A stretch of 63,994 bases of DNA, filler included, from Piptocephalis cylindrospora (taxonomy: Eukaryota): assembly GCA_003614145.1 (NCBI GenBank). It is 6 parts of 6 records of this genome, joined end to end, with 100 filler letters (N's around TTAATTAATTAA, not from the genome) between each part and the next. Parts side by side here need not be neighbours in the genome. Positions count along the whole stretch, not along the records: positions 42,829 to 53,404 come from KZ988031.1; positions 53,505 to 63,994 come from KZ988036.1; 4 more parts are not named here. One strand, written 5' to 3'. Each line of letters starts with the position of its first letter. Within the stretch, counting starts at the first letter, position 1. Positions 48,914 through 59,000 of this stretch are shown piece by piece. The position numbers and the translations under genes are program-made. The notes beneath the pieces are model-generated. The model worked only from the letters and a program-made list of their open reading frames with translations, searched no databases and had not been told where the DNA came from.

Positions 48914-50488
48914 ATGTCTACCAGGGGGAAAAGATCCGAGTCAACCCAAACCTCCACTGATCCTCCTCGATCCAAGGGGGCAAAAAGAGTCAAGGAAGAT
49001 GAGGCCAATAGAACGCTAGTATGGTTTCGGAGAGACTTTCGTCTTCATGACCATATGGCGTTGGCCCGTGCGTCTGCAAGTACACCAGCATCCCAAAGCC
49101 ACCTCTTGGCCCTATACCTCATCTCACCCGAGGAATGGATTGATCATGATGAGGCGCCCATCAAGGTGGACTTTTGGTTACGCGCCCTACCGATTTTACG
49201 AAAAGATTTTGCGGCGTTGCATATCCCATTGATCATTCGAACACTTGATCGAGCCAAGGGACAGCACGCTGATGTCATTTTAGACGTGTGCAAACAGTAT
49301 CGCATCTCAGCCGTGCATTGGAATCGGGAATACGAGGTAGATGAGCTTGCTAGAGATGCATCAGTACAACAGCTTCTTCAGACGCATGACCGACAAGTTT
49401 ATCAACACCATGATCAGTGTATCGTCCCCCCTGGTCAGGTCCTGACCAAAGCGGGCACCACATCCAAGGTTTATTCAAGCTTCCGAAATTCTTGGTATAC
49501 TGTCGTGGCCCGTAATCCCTCCTTACTCAAGGAATCCCGCTTCCCCCGTGCCAATGAGCCTTCGGCATTACGAGAGCTGCACGAAGCCTTCGAAGATGGT
49601 CATATCCCAGAATCTTTAGATCAATTTCCTCTAGCGGAGAGTGCGCGTGAACGTGCTAGACGGGACTTTCCTGTGGGAGAAGAGGAGGCAAAGAAGCGAT
49701 TGCACGCCTTTATTCAGAAAAAGATGGGGATGTATGGGGAAAATCGTAGCTCTTTGGCCCTCCAGGGCACCTCAATCCTTTCACCCTACCTGCACTCTGG
49801 GATGGTATCCGCGCGTTCGTGCATCCGTGAGGCCAAAGAAGCCAATGGAAACCGGCTCGAGGGAGGTATGGCAGGGGCGGTGAACTGGATGGCTGAGGTG
49901 GTGTGGCGAGACTTTTTCCGACATATCCTCGTAGCCCACCCCAAGGTTAGCCGGAACCAGCCGTTCAAGGCCGAGTTCACCCGGTTTCCCTGGGCCTCGG
50001 ACTCGGGGGATCGATCATTTCAAGCATGGACACAGGGTCGGACGGGGTATCCGATCGTGGATGCGAGCATGCGGTGTCTAAATACCACGGGCTGGTTGCA
50101 TAACCGGAGTCGCATGGTGGTGGCGTCCTTTCTGTGCAAAGACCTCCTTGTGGATTGGCGTAAGGGGGAACGGTATTTTATGCAGCATCTCCTGGATGGC
50201 GACCTTGCTTCTAACAATGGTAATTGGCAATGGGTGGCAGCCTCTGGTACGGACTCTCAACCATTTTTCCGGATCTTCAACCCTGCCCGTCAGAGTCAGC
50301 GCTTTGACCCGGATGGGGCCTTTATCCGGGAATGGGTGAAAGAACTAAGGGATTGCCCCAAAGAAGACATTCATGCACCATCCGCCTCCATAGCCCAACG
50401 TCTAAAATATCCTGAGCCTATTGTTGACCATTCCAAAGCGCGAGACCGGGCCCTCAAGGCCTTTCAGCAGATGCGAAGCGCTTCCTGA
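48914..50488 (+). CDS. PHR1: Class I CPD deoxyribodipyrimidine photolyase, intronless
   Basis: VWFRRDFRLHDH, NREYEVDELARD, GTSILSPYL, WRDFF, GRTGYPIVDA, WLHNRSRM, LLVDWRKG, DGDLASNNGNWQW, FRIFNP. Confidence 0.93.
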   Translation: MSTRGKRSESTQTSTDPPRSKGAKRVKEDEANRTLVWFRRDFRLHDHMALARASASTPASQSHLLALYLISPEEWIDHDEAPIKVDFWLRALPILRKDFAALHIPLIIRTLDRAKGQHADVILDVCKQYRISAVHWNREYEVDELARDASVQQLLQTHDRQVYQHHDQCIVPPGQVLTKAGTTSKVYSSFRNSWYTVVARNPSLLKESRFPRANEPSALRELHEAFEDGHIPESLDQFPLAESARERARRDFPVGEEEAKKRLHAFIQKKMGMYGENRSSLALQGTSILSPYLHSGMVSARSCIREAKEANGNRLEGGMAGAVNWMAEVVWRDFFRHILVAHPKVSRNQPFKAEFTRFPWASDSGDRSFQAWTQGRTGYPIVDASMRCLNTTGWLHNRSRMVVASFLCKDLLVDWRKGERYFMQHLLDGDLASNNGNWQWVAASGTDSQPFFRIFNPARQSQRFDPDGAFIREWVKELRDCPKEDIHAPSASIAQRLKYPEPIVDHSKARDRALKAFQQMRSAS

Positions 50489-50917
50489 CGGTTACACATC
50501 TAGGAAATGGTGTGGATATGAGAGGGGGAAGGAATTGAGAATCTGTTGCTTGATGAACACTTGTCACTTTTCCTTGATCTTTGTACTATCTGTTGCTTTT
50601 ATATAAACAAATAGGTCAGAAATGATCGTTTACATTGGCGACCAGGCCTTTCCTAAAAGATTGGAGAATGGTGCCCGAAAATGCGTTCCCCACCGTCCCA
50701 TCTGGTCCATATGACTGCACGATATGATGTACTCTAAGAATGAAAGCCCTGTGTGACGACCAGTCGAGCCTTGAATTACAGGGAAATTATGTGGAGAGGC
50801 GATACAGTCAAAAAAAAGAAAATGTGCACATTCAGCGAACGGCCTTAAAACTGCCCTGACCGCCCTTCCCTCCCTCCTTCCTTCCCTTCTTCTATACCAT
50901 CACACACGATCTACACC

Positions 50918-51755
50918 ATGTCTCTCAAAGGTAAACTCAAGTTGGACACCAAAGCCTCTGCGGCTGACCTCAGTAAGCTCCTGGATGCAGCCAAGGACAA
51001 CCTCGGAGAGCAGTTTGAAGTCTCGACCAAGGCTAGCTCCTCGTACGTGAGATGGGGTATGATAGGGATGTTTTTTTTAATCGTCTTGACTAAACCCCAT
51101 CACATCCTGTAGAAAGGTCACCTCGCTCATCCCTGAGCCCAAGGATGCTAAAAAGACGTCATATTTGGACATTTCCCGCAAGAACGGAACAGCCCGTCTG
51201 ACGGCCCCACTCCTTGATATGGCCGTTGGCCCAGGGAAGAGCAAAGCACTGGATACCTTGGCCCCCAAGGATCCTGGCGGGGAGGGTGGGGTCAAGCCTT
51301 TAAAGGAGAGACTAAAGGTACGCTTTTCCCTCACGTCATTTCCTCTTGATCAATCTCATCTCCCACATACGTAGGAAAAGGAAAAGACGGCAGGAAAGGC
51401 ATGGTTTGACATGGCGGCGCCGATGATGACCCCAGAGCTCAAAAGGGAGCTTAATATGCTCAAGTTGCGTGTGGCCCTGGACCCCAAGAGACATTACAAA
51501 AAGCAGGATGCCAAGGCTCCCCCGCCAAAGTACTTTCAGATGGGGACGATTATCGAGGGACCCACCGAGTTCTACAGTGCCCGGATGACACGACGGGAAC
51601 GGAAGGAGACCTTGGTGGAACAGCTGCTGGCGGACGAGACCAAGCAGGCCTACTTTAAGCGCAAGTTCTCCGAGATTCAGGAGAAGCGACAGAGCGGAGG
51701 CAAGGCATCTTATCGGAAGAAGAAGATCATACGGTCCGGGAAGAATAGGCGTTAG
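50918..51755 (+). CDS. FCF2: rRNA-processing protein Fcf2, three exons
   Basis: TAGKAWFDMAAP..LKRELNMLKLRVALDPKRHYK..PKYFQMGTIIEGPTEFYSARM..TLVEQLL; introns 51043-51112, 51318-51374. Confidence 0.92.
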
Positions 51756-51939
51756 GACCCAGTGTACGTGATCAAGAAAACAAATGGAGATAGGGGACAG
51801 AAATGGTATGTGTGTGCTTATCTTTGTCTGTATGGGTGTGAGTTGACAAGGAAAATAAAGAAAAAATACTCTATAACTATTTAGATGGAGTACACTGTAC
51901 AGGGAAAGAGAGGAGAAAAGGGAGGGAAAGGATAAACCG

Positions 51940-52953
51940 TTACACCTCCTCCTCCTCTGTCTCCCAGTCGGCATCCGAACCACTCTCCTCAGCCCCTCCG
52001 GTGACCTCTGCCATATCCTGGTCATTCGGGAAATGAACAGGCCAGACATCGGGCATGGTGGGAGGAACCATCATATCAGGGAGAGCACCCAGAGCCCCAA
52101 CCTCCCCTCCAAGCTCATTCCCCCATCCATCCTCCTCATTAACATCTTCGCCATCAGAAGAGACCCATCCGGGAGCGGTTTGGGCCTGATCTTGACCCCG
52201 GACCACCCACCGTCCCCCATCAGCCTCATCCCAGGTGAGCTCATCGGTCCCTTCATCGCCCGTGTAGACCCCATCAGTCTCCCAATCCCAGTCTGAGATC
52301 CCGGATTCATCTCGACCGCAGCAGTTCACATCCAAATGCCGAAGGCCCCGACAGTGAGATTTGAGGGCACGAATAGAAGCATCCGAGATACCAGGGCAAT
52401 CCCGAAGACTTACCCACCGCAGATGGGGGCAACCATTAGCGATGGCGCGTAGTCCCACCGAGGAGATATCTGTGATACTGAGATCCAGTTTCCGGAGTTC
52501 CCCGCACCGTTCAGCCAGGTAGATTAGGGAGGCATCGGTCAGAGCACTATCGGACAGCCCAAGAGTACGGAGCCGAGGGCCCACACTGCTACCCACCATA
52601 CGGAAGCCTTCATGACGGATGGCCGTGCTATCAAGGTCTAAAAGCGTGAGATTAGGGCAGGCCTTCAGGAGGGTGTGCAGGTTGGCGTCATCCACTACAT
52701 CCCATCGGTACCGAAGGTGAGAAAATTCCAGTTCGTGCACGAGCAGTCCGTGACGCCCAGCAGCATCTTGGACAAAAGCACGGAACCTCTCGGGTGTGAT
52801 CAGCCGGGGGGCGCGGTATAGGATCGGGAGGAGAAGTCGGTGCAGACGATGGTTGACCCTGGTCAGATGGGCTATCGCGTCTTGGGAGCAGTATGCGGCG
52901 ATCAGAAGCAGTAGTTCATTTGGCAAATCGGACAAGGATGGGCACGGAGTCAT
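51940..52953 (-). CDS. F-box / cysteine-containing LRR protein with acidic tail
   Basis: LSDLPNELLLLIAAY F-box; LRRs such as CPNLTLLDL, CGELRKLDLSITDIS, CPHLRWVSLRDCPGISD. Confidence 0.88.
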   Translation of the reverse strand: MTPCPSLSDLPNELLLLIAAYCSQDAIAHLTRVNHRLHRLLLPILYRAPRLITPERFRAFVQDAAGRHGLLVHELEFSHLRYRWDVVDDANLHTLLKACPNLTLLDLDSTAIRHEGFRMVGSSVGPRLRTLGLSDSALTDASLIYLAERCGELRKLDLSITDISSVGLRAIANGCPHLRWVSLRDCPGISDASIRALKSHCRGLRHLDVNCCGRDESGISDWDWETDGVYTGDEGTDELTWDEADGGRWVVRGQDQAQTAPGWVSSDGEDVNEEDGWGNELGGEVGALGALPDMMVPPTMPDVWPVHFPNDQDMAEVTGGAEESGSDADWETEEEEV

Positions 52954-53404
52954 GGCAGTTGATCAGCGATGGATGGAAAGAAAAGTGAAAGACGACCCCA
53001 GCGGGACGAGGGTCTCCTCCTTGAGTTGGCCTCTCTTCTGGGGATAATGTGTGTATAGCGGGGAGAGTTCAGGCTGATCCTATCTCCACTATATATTTGA
53101 GAAAAAAATGTCCCAAAAATCACAATTTTCGATATGATTCTAATGGAGTGGGAATTGCCACGATCATTACAATAAAGTGGTGGAGCTCAGACTTGAATCT
53201 CATTGGGAGAGCGATAAGGGCGTGCATCCCCGCCTCTTCGTCACACGAACCTACTACCATGTATCTCCCCCCTGGGGATTTTATAGAGGATGCGAGAATT
53301 ATATAGTCTTGTCCGGAGACGCACAGCTTTTTTCATCACGATAAACACACTTTCCCAAGCATGATGGACTCATGATCGTATGAGGAGGACAATGACAGAA
53401 AAAA

Positions 53405-53504
53405 NNNNNNNNNNNNNNNNNNNNNNNNNNNNNNNNNNNNNNNNNNNNTTAATTAATTAANNNNNNNNNNNNNNNNNNNNNNNNNNNNNNNNNNNNNNNN
53501 NNNN
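53405..53504. other. Artificial contig spacer
   Basis: N44-TTAATTAATTAA-N44. Confidence 0.99.
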
Positions 53505-53774
53505 GGATGTGAGACACGTCGGCGGTGGCGAGGGGGTGGGGGCGGTGGGGGTGTGGGGGGGGGGGGGACACTCTGACCCCCTTTGGTTAGGGAGCGACTC
53601 TGTGTGTACCACCAATATACCCTAAGCAACGCTTATATAAACAGGACTCTAGTCTCGTTCCCACCTGCGTCCTCCCTTACCCTGAGCCCCTTACCTTTGC
53701 ATCACTCGCTCCCATATCTTGGATTCTTTACCCTCCCTCAGACTTACTTCCTTTGCGTACCATCCATCTACATT

Positions 53775-54691
53775 ATGAGTCAGCAGTACACTGGACCTCC
53801 TATCTCCCCGGCCCTTCGACCCACCGAGGCAAGTCCTCTTCGTCATCCACTTGCCGTCGTCGCCTCCTCCGGTTCCTCCACCACCTCCTCCCGTTCTGGC
53901 TCTGTGGACATGGACGGCCTTTCCTTTCCTTGTAAGTTTTTTTATTTCCCCGCGTGGCCCAATACTCCCTTCCCCCCTCTCATCCCCCTCCACACACAGG
54001 CCCTGGTACAAGGCAGAGACTGGAGGAGACGGAGGAGGAAAAGAAGGAGCGCGTGGAAAAAATAGCAGGTGCCGTCCGAACCATCCTAGAGTGCGTCGGT
54101 GAAAATCCCGATCGCGAGGGTCTCGTTCGCACCCCAGCACGCTATGCCGAGGCTCTCATGTTCTTCACCAAGGGCTATGAGGAAAACATCCGTGATATCA
54201 TCAATGAGGCCGTCTTTGATGAAGATCACGATGAAATGGTCATTGTCAAGAACATTGATGTCTTTTCTCTTTGTGAGCACCATATGGTTCCTTTTACCGG
54301 GAAGGTAAGTGGTTAAAAACTGGATGCTAGATGATGCATGGCGCCCTCCCATCTCACCGTCCGCCATCCCCCTTTCCCTCAGATCCACATTGGCTACATC
54401 CCGAACAGAAGGGTTCTTGGACTAAGCAAGTTGGCACGGATTGCTGAAATGTTCTCCCGTCGTCTTCAGGTCCAGGAACGGCTTACCAAGCAGATTGCCG
54501 TCTCCCTCATGGAGATCCTCAGGCCCCAGGGCGTCGCCGTCATCATGGAGGCCTCCCATTTGTGTATGGTCATGCGTGGAGTTCAAAAGCCTGGAAGCCA
54601 AACCGTCACGAGTACCATGCTGGGGGTCTTTCGGGACGACCCCAAGACTCGGGAGGAGTTCCTCACCCTGATCCGTCACGATTACCGCTGA
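53775..54691 (+). CDS. FOL2: GTP cyclohydrolase I (exons 53775-53931, 54000-54304, 54383-54691)
   Basis: [62 protein letters not shown]. Confidence 0.97.
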
Positions 54692-54767
54692 AGAAAAACG
54701 TGGATATGGGGGAAATATTATTGTGGCGGTTTGGCGGGTGTGTTTTCATAGAGTCACGATTCATTCA

Positions 54768-54808
54768 TAGCCCTTTTTCATCGGGTTTTTAGCCCTTTTT
54801 CATCGGGT
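54768..54808 (+). repeat. 19-bp tandem direct repeat TAGCCCTTTTTCATCGGGT x2 downstream of GCH1
   Basis: Copies at 54768-54786 and 54790-54808. Confidence 0.85.
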
Positions 54809-55400
54809 GGTTACACCCCTCGCTCTCGGAGGTGAGAGCATCAATTTCTCTAAAAGATAAAAGTCCTGTTAAAACGCTTTTCCTTTCCCTCTCCTTCACC
54901 CCATTCATACAACGAGATGGGCTTGATTGGTGCAAAGACATGCAATGCACAGTCACTACCTTATATGCAGCACCCTCGCCAATCTATCCCAGGCAGGGTA
55001 AGGAGAGGCTGTTCTTGGACGCGCCTTGCAATATCTTTACGATTCTGCCTCTCGTCCCATCACGTTTTATCCTCCAGCCCCTTAGAGGAGGTGCATGAGT
55101 CCCTTGAACAGGGGGGGTGTTTTCTGGATACGACGCTAAAATTATGAGCTTTCTCTGAAGACCCACCTCAGCCCCATCCCAGCGGGATTAACGGGGAAAG
55201 TATCCATGAATGGATGTATGCGCTCTCCTTTTCCATACCTACTTTATAAAGTCAATCTCCCCACAGTGATATAGAAAAACTCTGTTCATCGCTGGTACAT
55301 ACGCAACCCTACCTTAGGTAGATAGTTAACAGACCTTTTTCTCATTTCGTTCTTACTACTGAAATTACTGAGAGCGCGTGAAGGCAGTCGATGGTGACGA

Positions 55401-55430
55401 GGCTGATTGGCCTGCATGAACCAATCAGCC
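55401..55430. promoter_or_regulatory. Inverted pair of CCAAT boxes GGCTGATTGG-N10-CCAATCAGCC
   Basis: Perfect 10-bp inverted repeat; each half contains CCAATCAG; about 210 nt upstream of TATAAA (~55644). Confidence 0.55.
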
Positions 55431-55541
55431 CTGCTCTCCCGCCCTCTTCCTGACCCACACTTTCCTTGCCTTCCATCTACACACAGGATCGTTCACACAT
55501 GCACCCGCTCCCTCTCACAGAACGAAAGATAGTGTATGTAC

Positions 55542-55576
<35 letters not shown>

Positions 55577-56074
55577 CGTTATATCTGTACTGCCTCCTCT
55601 TGCCGCCCTTCACCCCGAGCGCGACCATGCCCCGCCAAGTCGATATAAAGGGCGGTCTGGGTCTTTCATCCCTCCACTCTCCGCCCTTTTCATCCTATTC
55701 CCATTCTTTACTCACCATCCCTCACCACGTCTATTGCTTCAACCTCTTGATCTCTCCCTCTCCCTCCTCCCTCTTTGACCTTTTCCCTTTTTTCAGCTCA
55801 TCTTCGTTTCTCCCATCCTGGCACTCCGTTGTGTGCGTGTATCCAAACTTTTACTCTCCCTCCCTCCCTCTCTCCTTTTCTCTCTCTCTCTTCCATCTCA
55901 TCCCTTCCCCTTCCCTCGATTCACCCTCCTAGCCTCATTCACGCTTTTTTGTGATCAGTACAATTGTTCCTCCATTGAGCCCTCTTCCTCAAACAATTTT
56001 GGTGGCTGAATCCATTTCGTTTGGTCTAGCTCTTCTCAAATTCATCCCTTAGGATTCGCAATTCCCTTTCCTGG

Positions 56075-59000
56075 ATGACACGGTCCCCCATAATGCGTCC
56101 GGACGGGTATCCTGTGGGATACCCCACTCATACTCAGTACGCATTAGATCCCTCAGGCCATCCAATGCAACCCTCTGACGCATCCGCCTACTATGCTCAT
56201 CCCCAGTCCAACCCCGCCCCTCATTCTTCCTATGCCCATTATCCATCCCATCATTCAGTCCATTCCCCTGATCCCCAGTATCACACTGGTCAGGAGCCCG
56301 TGCAGTACCCCTACGCCCATCCCTCCTCCCCGCACATCCCTCCTCAGCCCCAGCATCCCCCCCACCCATATTATGCCTATCAGTCTACTCCGGATCCTTC
56401 GGTATACTATGATCCGCCCATCCCAGCCGCTCATCCCACCTACCCACCCGGTCCCCACGTTGCTCCCCCATACCCGAGGTACGAGACCCAGCCCCATCCA
56501 TCACCCTACCATGATCCCCACCCCTATCCGCATTCCCAGGATCAAAGGTCCATTCCTCAGCACTCCCCTGCCCTTCATCCCTCCCATCCGCCCCCGGGGG
56601 AATATGTTATGCAAGCCTACTACCCTGGTCACCCTACCCCTTATCCCATGGCTCAAGGCTACCCAACTTCAGGGAGGGAGGTCCAAGGTCATCCCACGGA
56701 TCCAAATCATCCCCACTACCCCCATCCGGCACAGGATAGACGCTCTAGTATCTCATATCCCTATCCATCCGATCATCCAGTTCCCTCGGGAGAGGTACAC
56801 ACCTCACCTCCAATCGGCTATCCCTCCTATGCCTATCCTTACCCGGTATCCGGATCACATCTTCCCCCCTCCCCCATCTCCTCGGACCCTCGGAAGGTGC
56901 GTCGTGCCTCCTTGGGAAGAGAGTACTCCGCCACCTCATACTACCATCCTCATCCCCCCTCGGGCCCTGGGCCAAGTGCATTGGGTCATCACTCGGGCCC
57001 AGTCGACTCGGGCCACGTCATAGCCTATCCTACGGTAAGGCCTTTTTGATAGCTGCGTAAATTAACTTTGATCCAAAAGATGTCAGATGATCCATTTTAC
57101 TCACCATCTACATGGGATACAATGTATATAGGGAATGGCCGGCCATGATGGATTTGTCAGTCAGGAAGGGACATATCCAGCCCATCCGCCCTACCTTCAT
57201 CCAGAATACACTAGCCACCCCACTGGTCCTGGGGAGCCCTATCAAGGCCATCTCATCTCATATTCCTCCACCTCCTCTGATTCTCACTGGTCACAGGATC
57301 AAAGGATCGGAGGGGCTGAGGTCATGACATCTTCTCCCTTTCCTCATCCAGAAGCCCCCAGTCCCTATACCGCTGTCCCATCCTACCCCAAGGAGGTGAA
57401 TCATGAAGCATATCCACCCCCCCATCCTGGTCAATCCTCTCATTCTGGCCCCACATCTCCCGCTTCCACCTCCCATCCCTTGAGCGTTCGTCCATCCAAT
57501 ATCCGTCCATCCAGCATTCGCCCCTCAAACATTCGTCCGTCCAACGTTCGGCCCTCCAATGCTCGTTCCTCCTTCTCCAATGCTAATAATCCTATAGTTA
57601 TTGAGGATGAAAACGACTCGACTAGAAAGACGTTGACCTGGCCTAAACGGGATAACACTTCCTCATCTGACCCTGCCCAGGTTCGATCCACCTCTCTCTC
57701 CCAGGGACTCAGTGAAATGCGTCCCGCGGATGCTGCCCTAGGCCCCCCCTCCTCCATCCACGATGGCCCTACTCCCAAACGAAAGACATCCCGCAAAAAG
57801 AATTCGAAAAAATACCGTAAATCCAAGTCTCGGACCAATTCATCCTCCTCATCCAGGCTTAGGAAGGCGCCGCCCAAGGAGAAGGAAAAGATGGATTCAA
57901 CCACCCTCGAGGGTCTATCTTACATGAAGGAAACTCAAGAAGAGAGGGAGACTCTAGCCAAGGCCATGAAGGAGATTGACGAGGAGGCCGATGTTTTTCT
58001 CCGCACTGCCGAAGCTGTTTCTATCCTTTATTCCTGGACCACCCATCCTAATCATCCCTACTCCTCCTCTTCTCCATCTCTCAGCCAGAGTAAAGAGAAG
58101 ATGAGCGAGGTGGATAGTGCTGCATCCAGCGATATATCCACTGAGGGAGAGGATGACGACGAGGAGGAGGAGAATGAAGCAAGAAATGGGTCTCAAACAG
58201 AGAGTGGAACCTTTACTTTTCCTTCTCTCCCCAACATCAACCTGGTCCAAGGATTCAGAAAACGAGGAAGGCCTCGGAATAAGCAACTGGTCTCTCCCTC
58301 CTCCCCCATCCGTATTGCTCCTTCCATTCACCCTTTTGTCCCCGGTGGTCCGATCCGATCCGTTGTCCAGCCCACTGGTTTAAGGTCTGTCGAGTCCATC
58401 CAAGATCCTGTCCATACGGGGGAAAGGGAGGCCGATCATGAAGAGGAAGGTAACCGCAGTGGCAGTAGTAGTGGCAGTGAAGATGAGGAGAAGGGAGAGG
58501 GGGAGACGGAAGAAGAGGGGGAAGAGGAAGAGACGGATGTGGAGGAGGAGGAAAGGTCCTATGAGCCCACGGCCTATCTAAAGAAAACGACGGACCGGGT
58601 TCGGAAGGTCATGAAGGAAAGAAGGTCTAGTCGATTGGCTCGTAAGGAGGAGGAAGACGACTTTTCCCCTGGAGGAGAGATTAAAAAGGAGAAGCAGAAG
58701 GAGGGTCAGGAGAAGAAAGAGGGATTGAAACGGAAGAGAGGGGCCGAGGACCAGGGCCAAGAGTCGGCTTCTTTGAGTACAAGGGACGATAATGGAGAGG
58801 ATACCAAGGGGTTCTCCGAGACCTCATCCAAACCCTCCCAATCCATATCAGAAGGGTCTGCGAGCATCTTGATACATGGTGGACAAGGGCATAATGGACC
58901 CACCTTCTTTGTCCCTCCTTCCTTCCAAGAAGCAACGGCGTTGACGGCCATTTCAGGTCCTAGAATTGCCAATCACCTTGCTGGCCCTATTCCCTCGGCC

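Larger units (their letters stand above)
53505..56245 (+). repeat. Left arm of 2741-bp inverted duplication
   Basis: Reverse complement of 61254-63994; mirrored ORFs have identical translations and coordinates summing to 117499. Confidence 0.97.

Noticed and set aside
10617..53504. Recurring TTAATTAATTAA motif at ~10.7-kb spacing
   Set aside because: Embedded in exactly 44+44 N; an artificial six-frame-stop linker between length-sorted contigs
42957..54691. Folate-themed cluster ARO1 + photolyase + GCH1
   Set aside because: GCH1 is across an artificial spacer, so no physical linkage can be claimed
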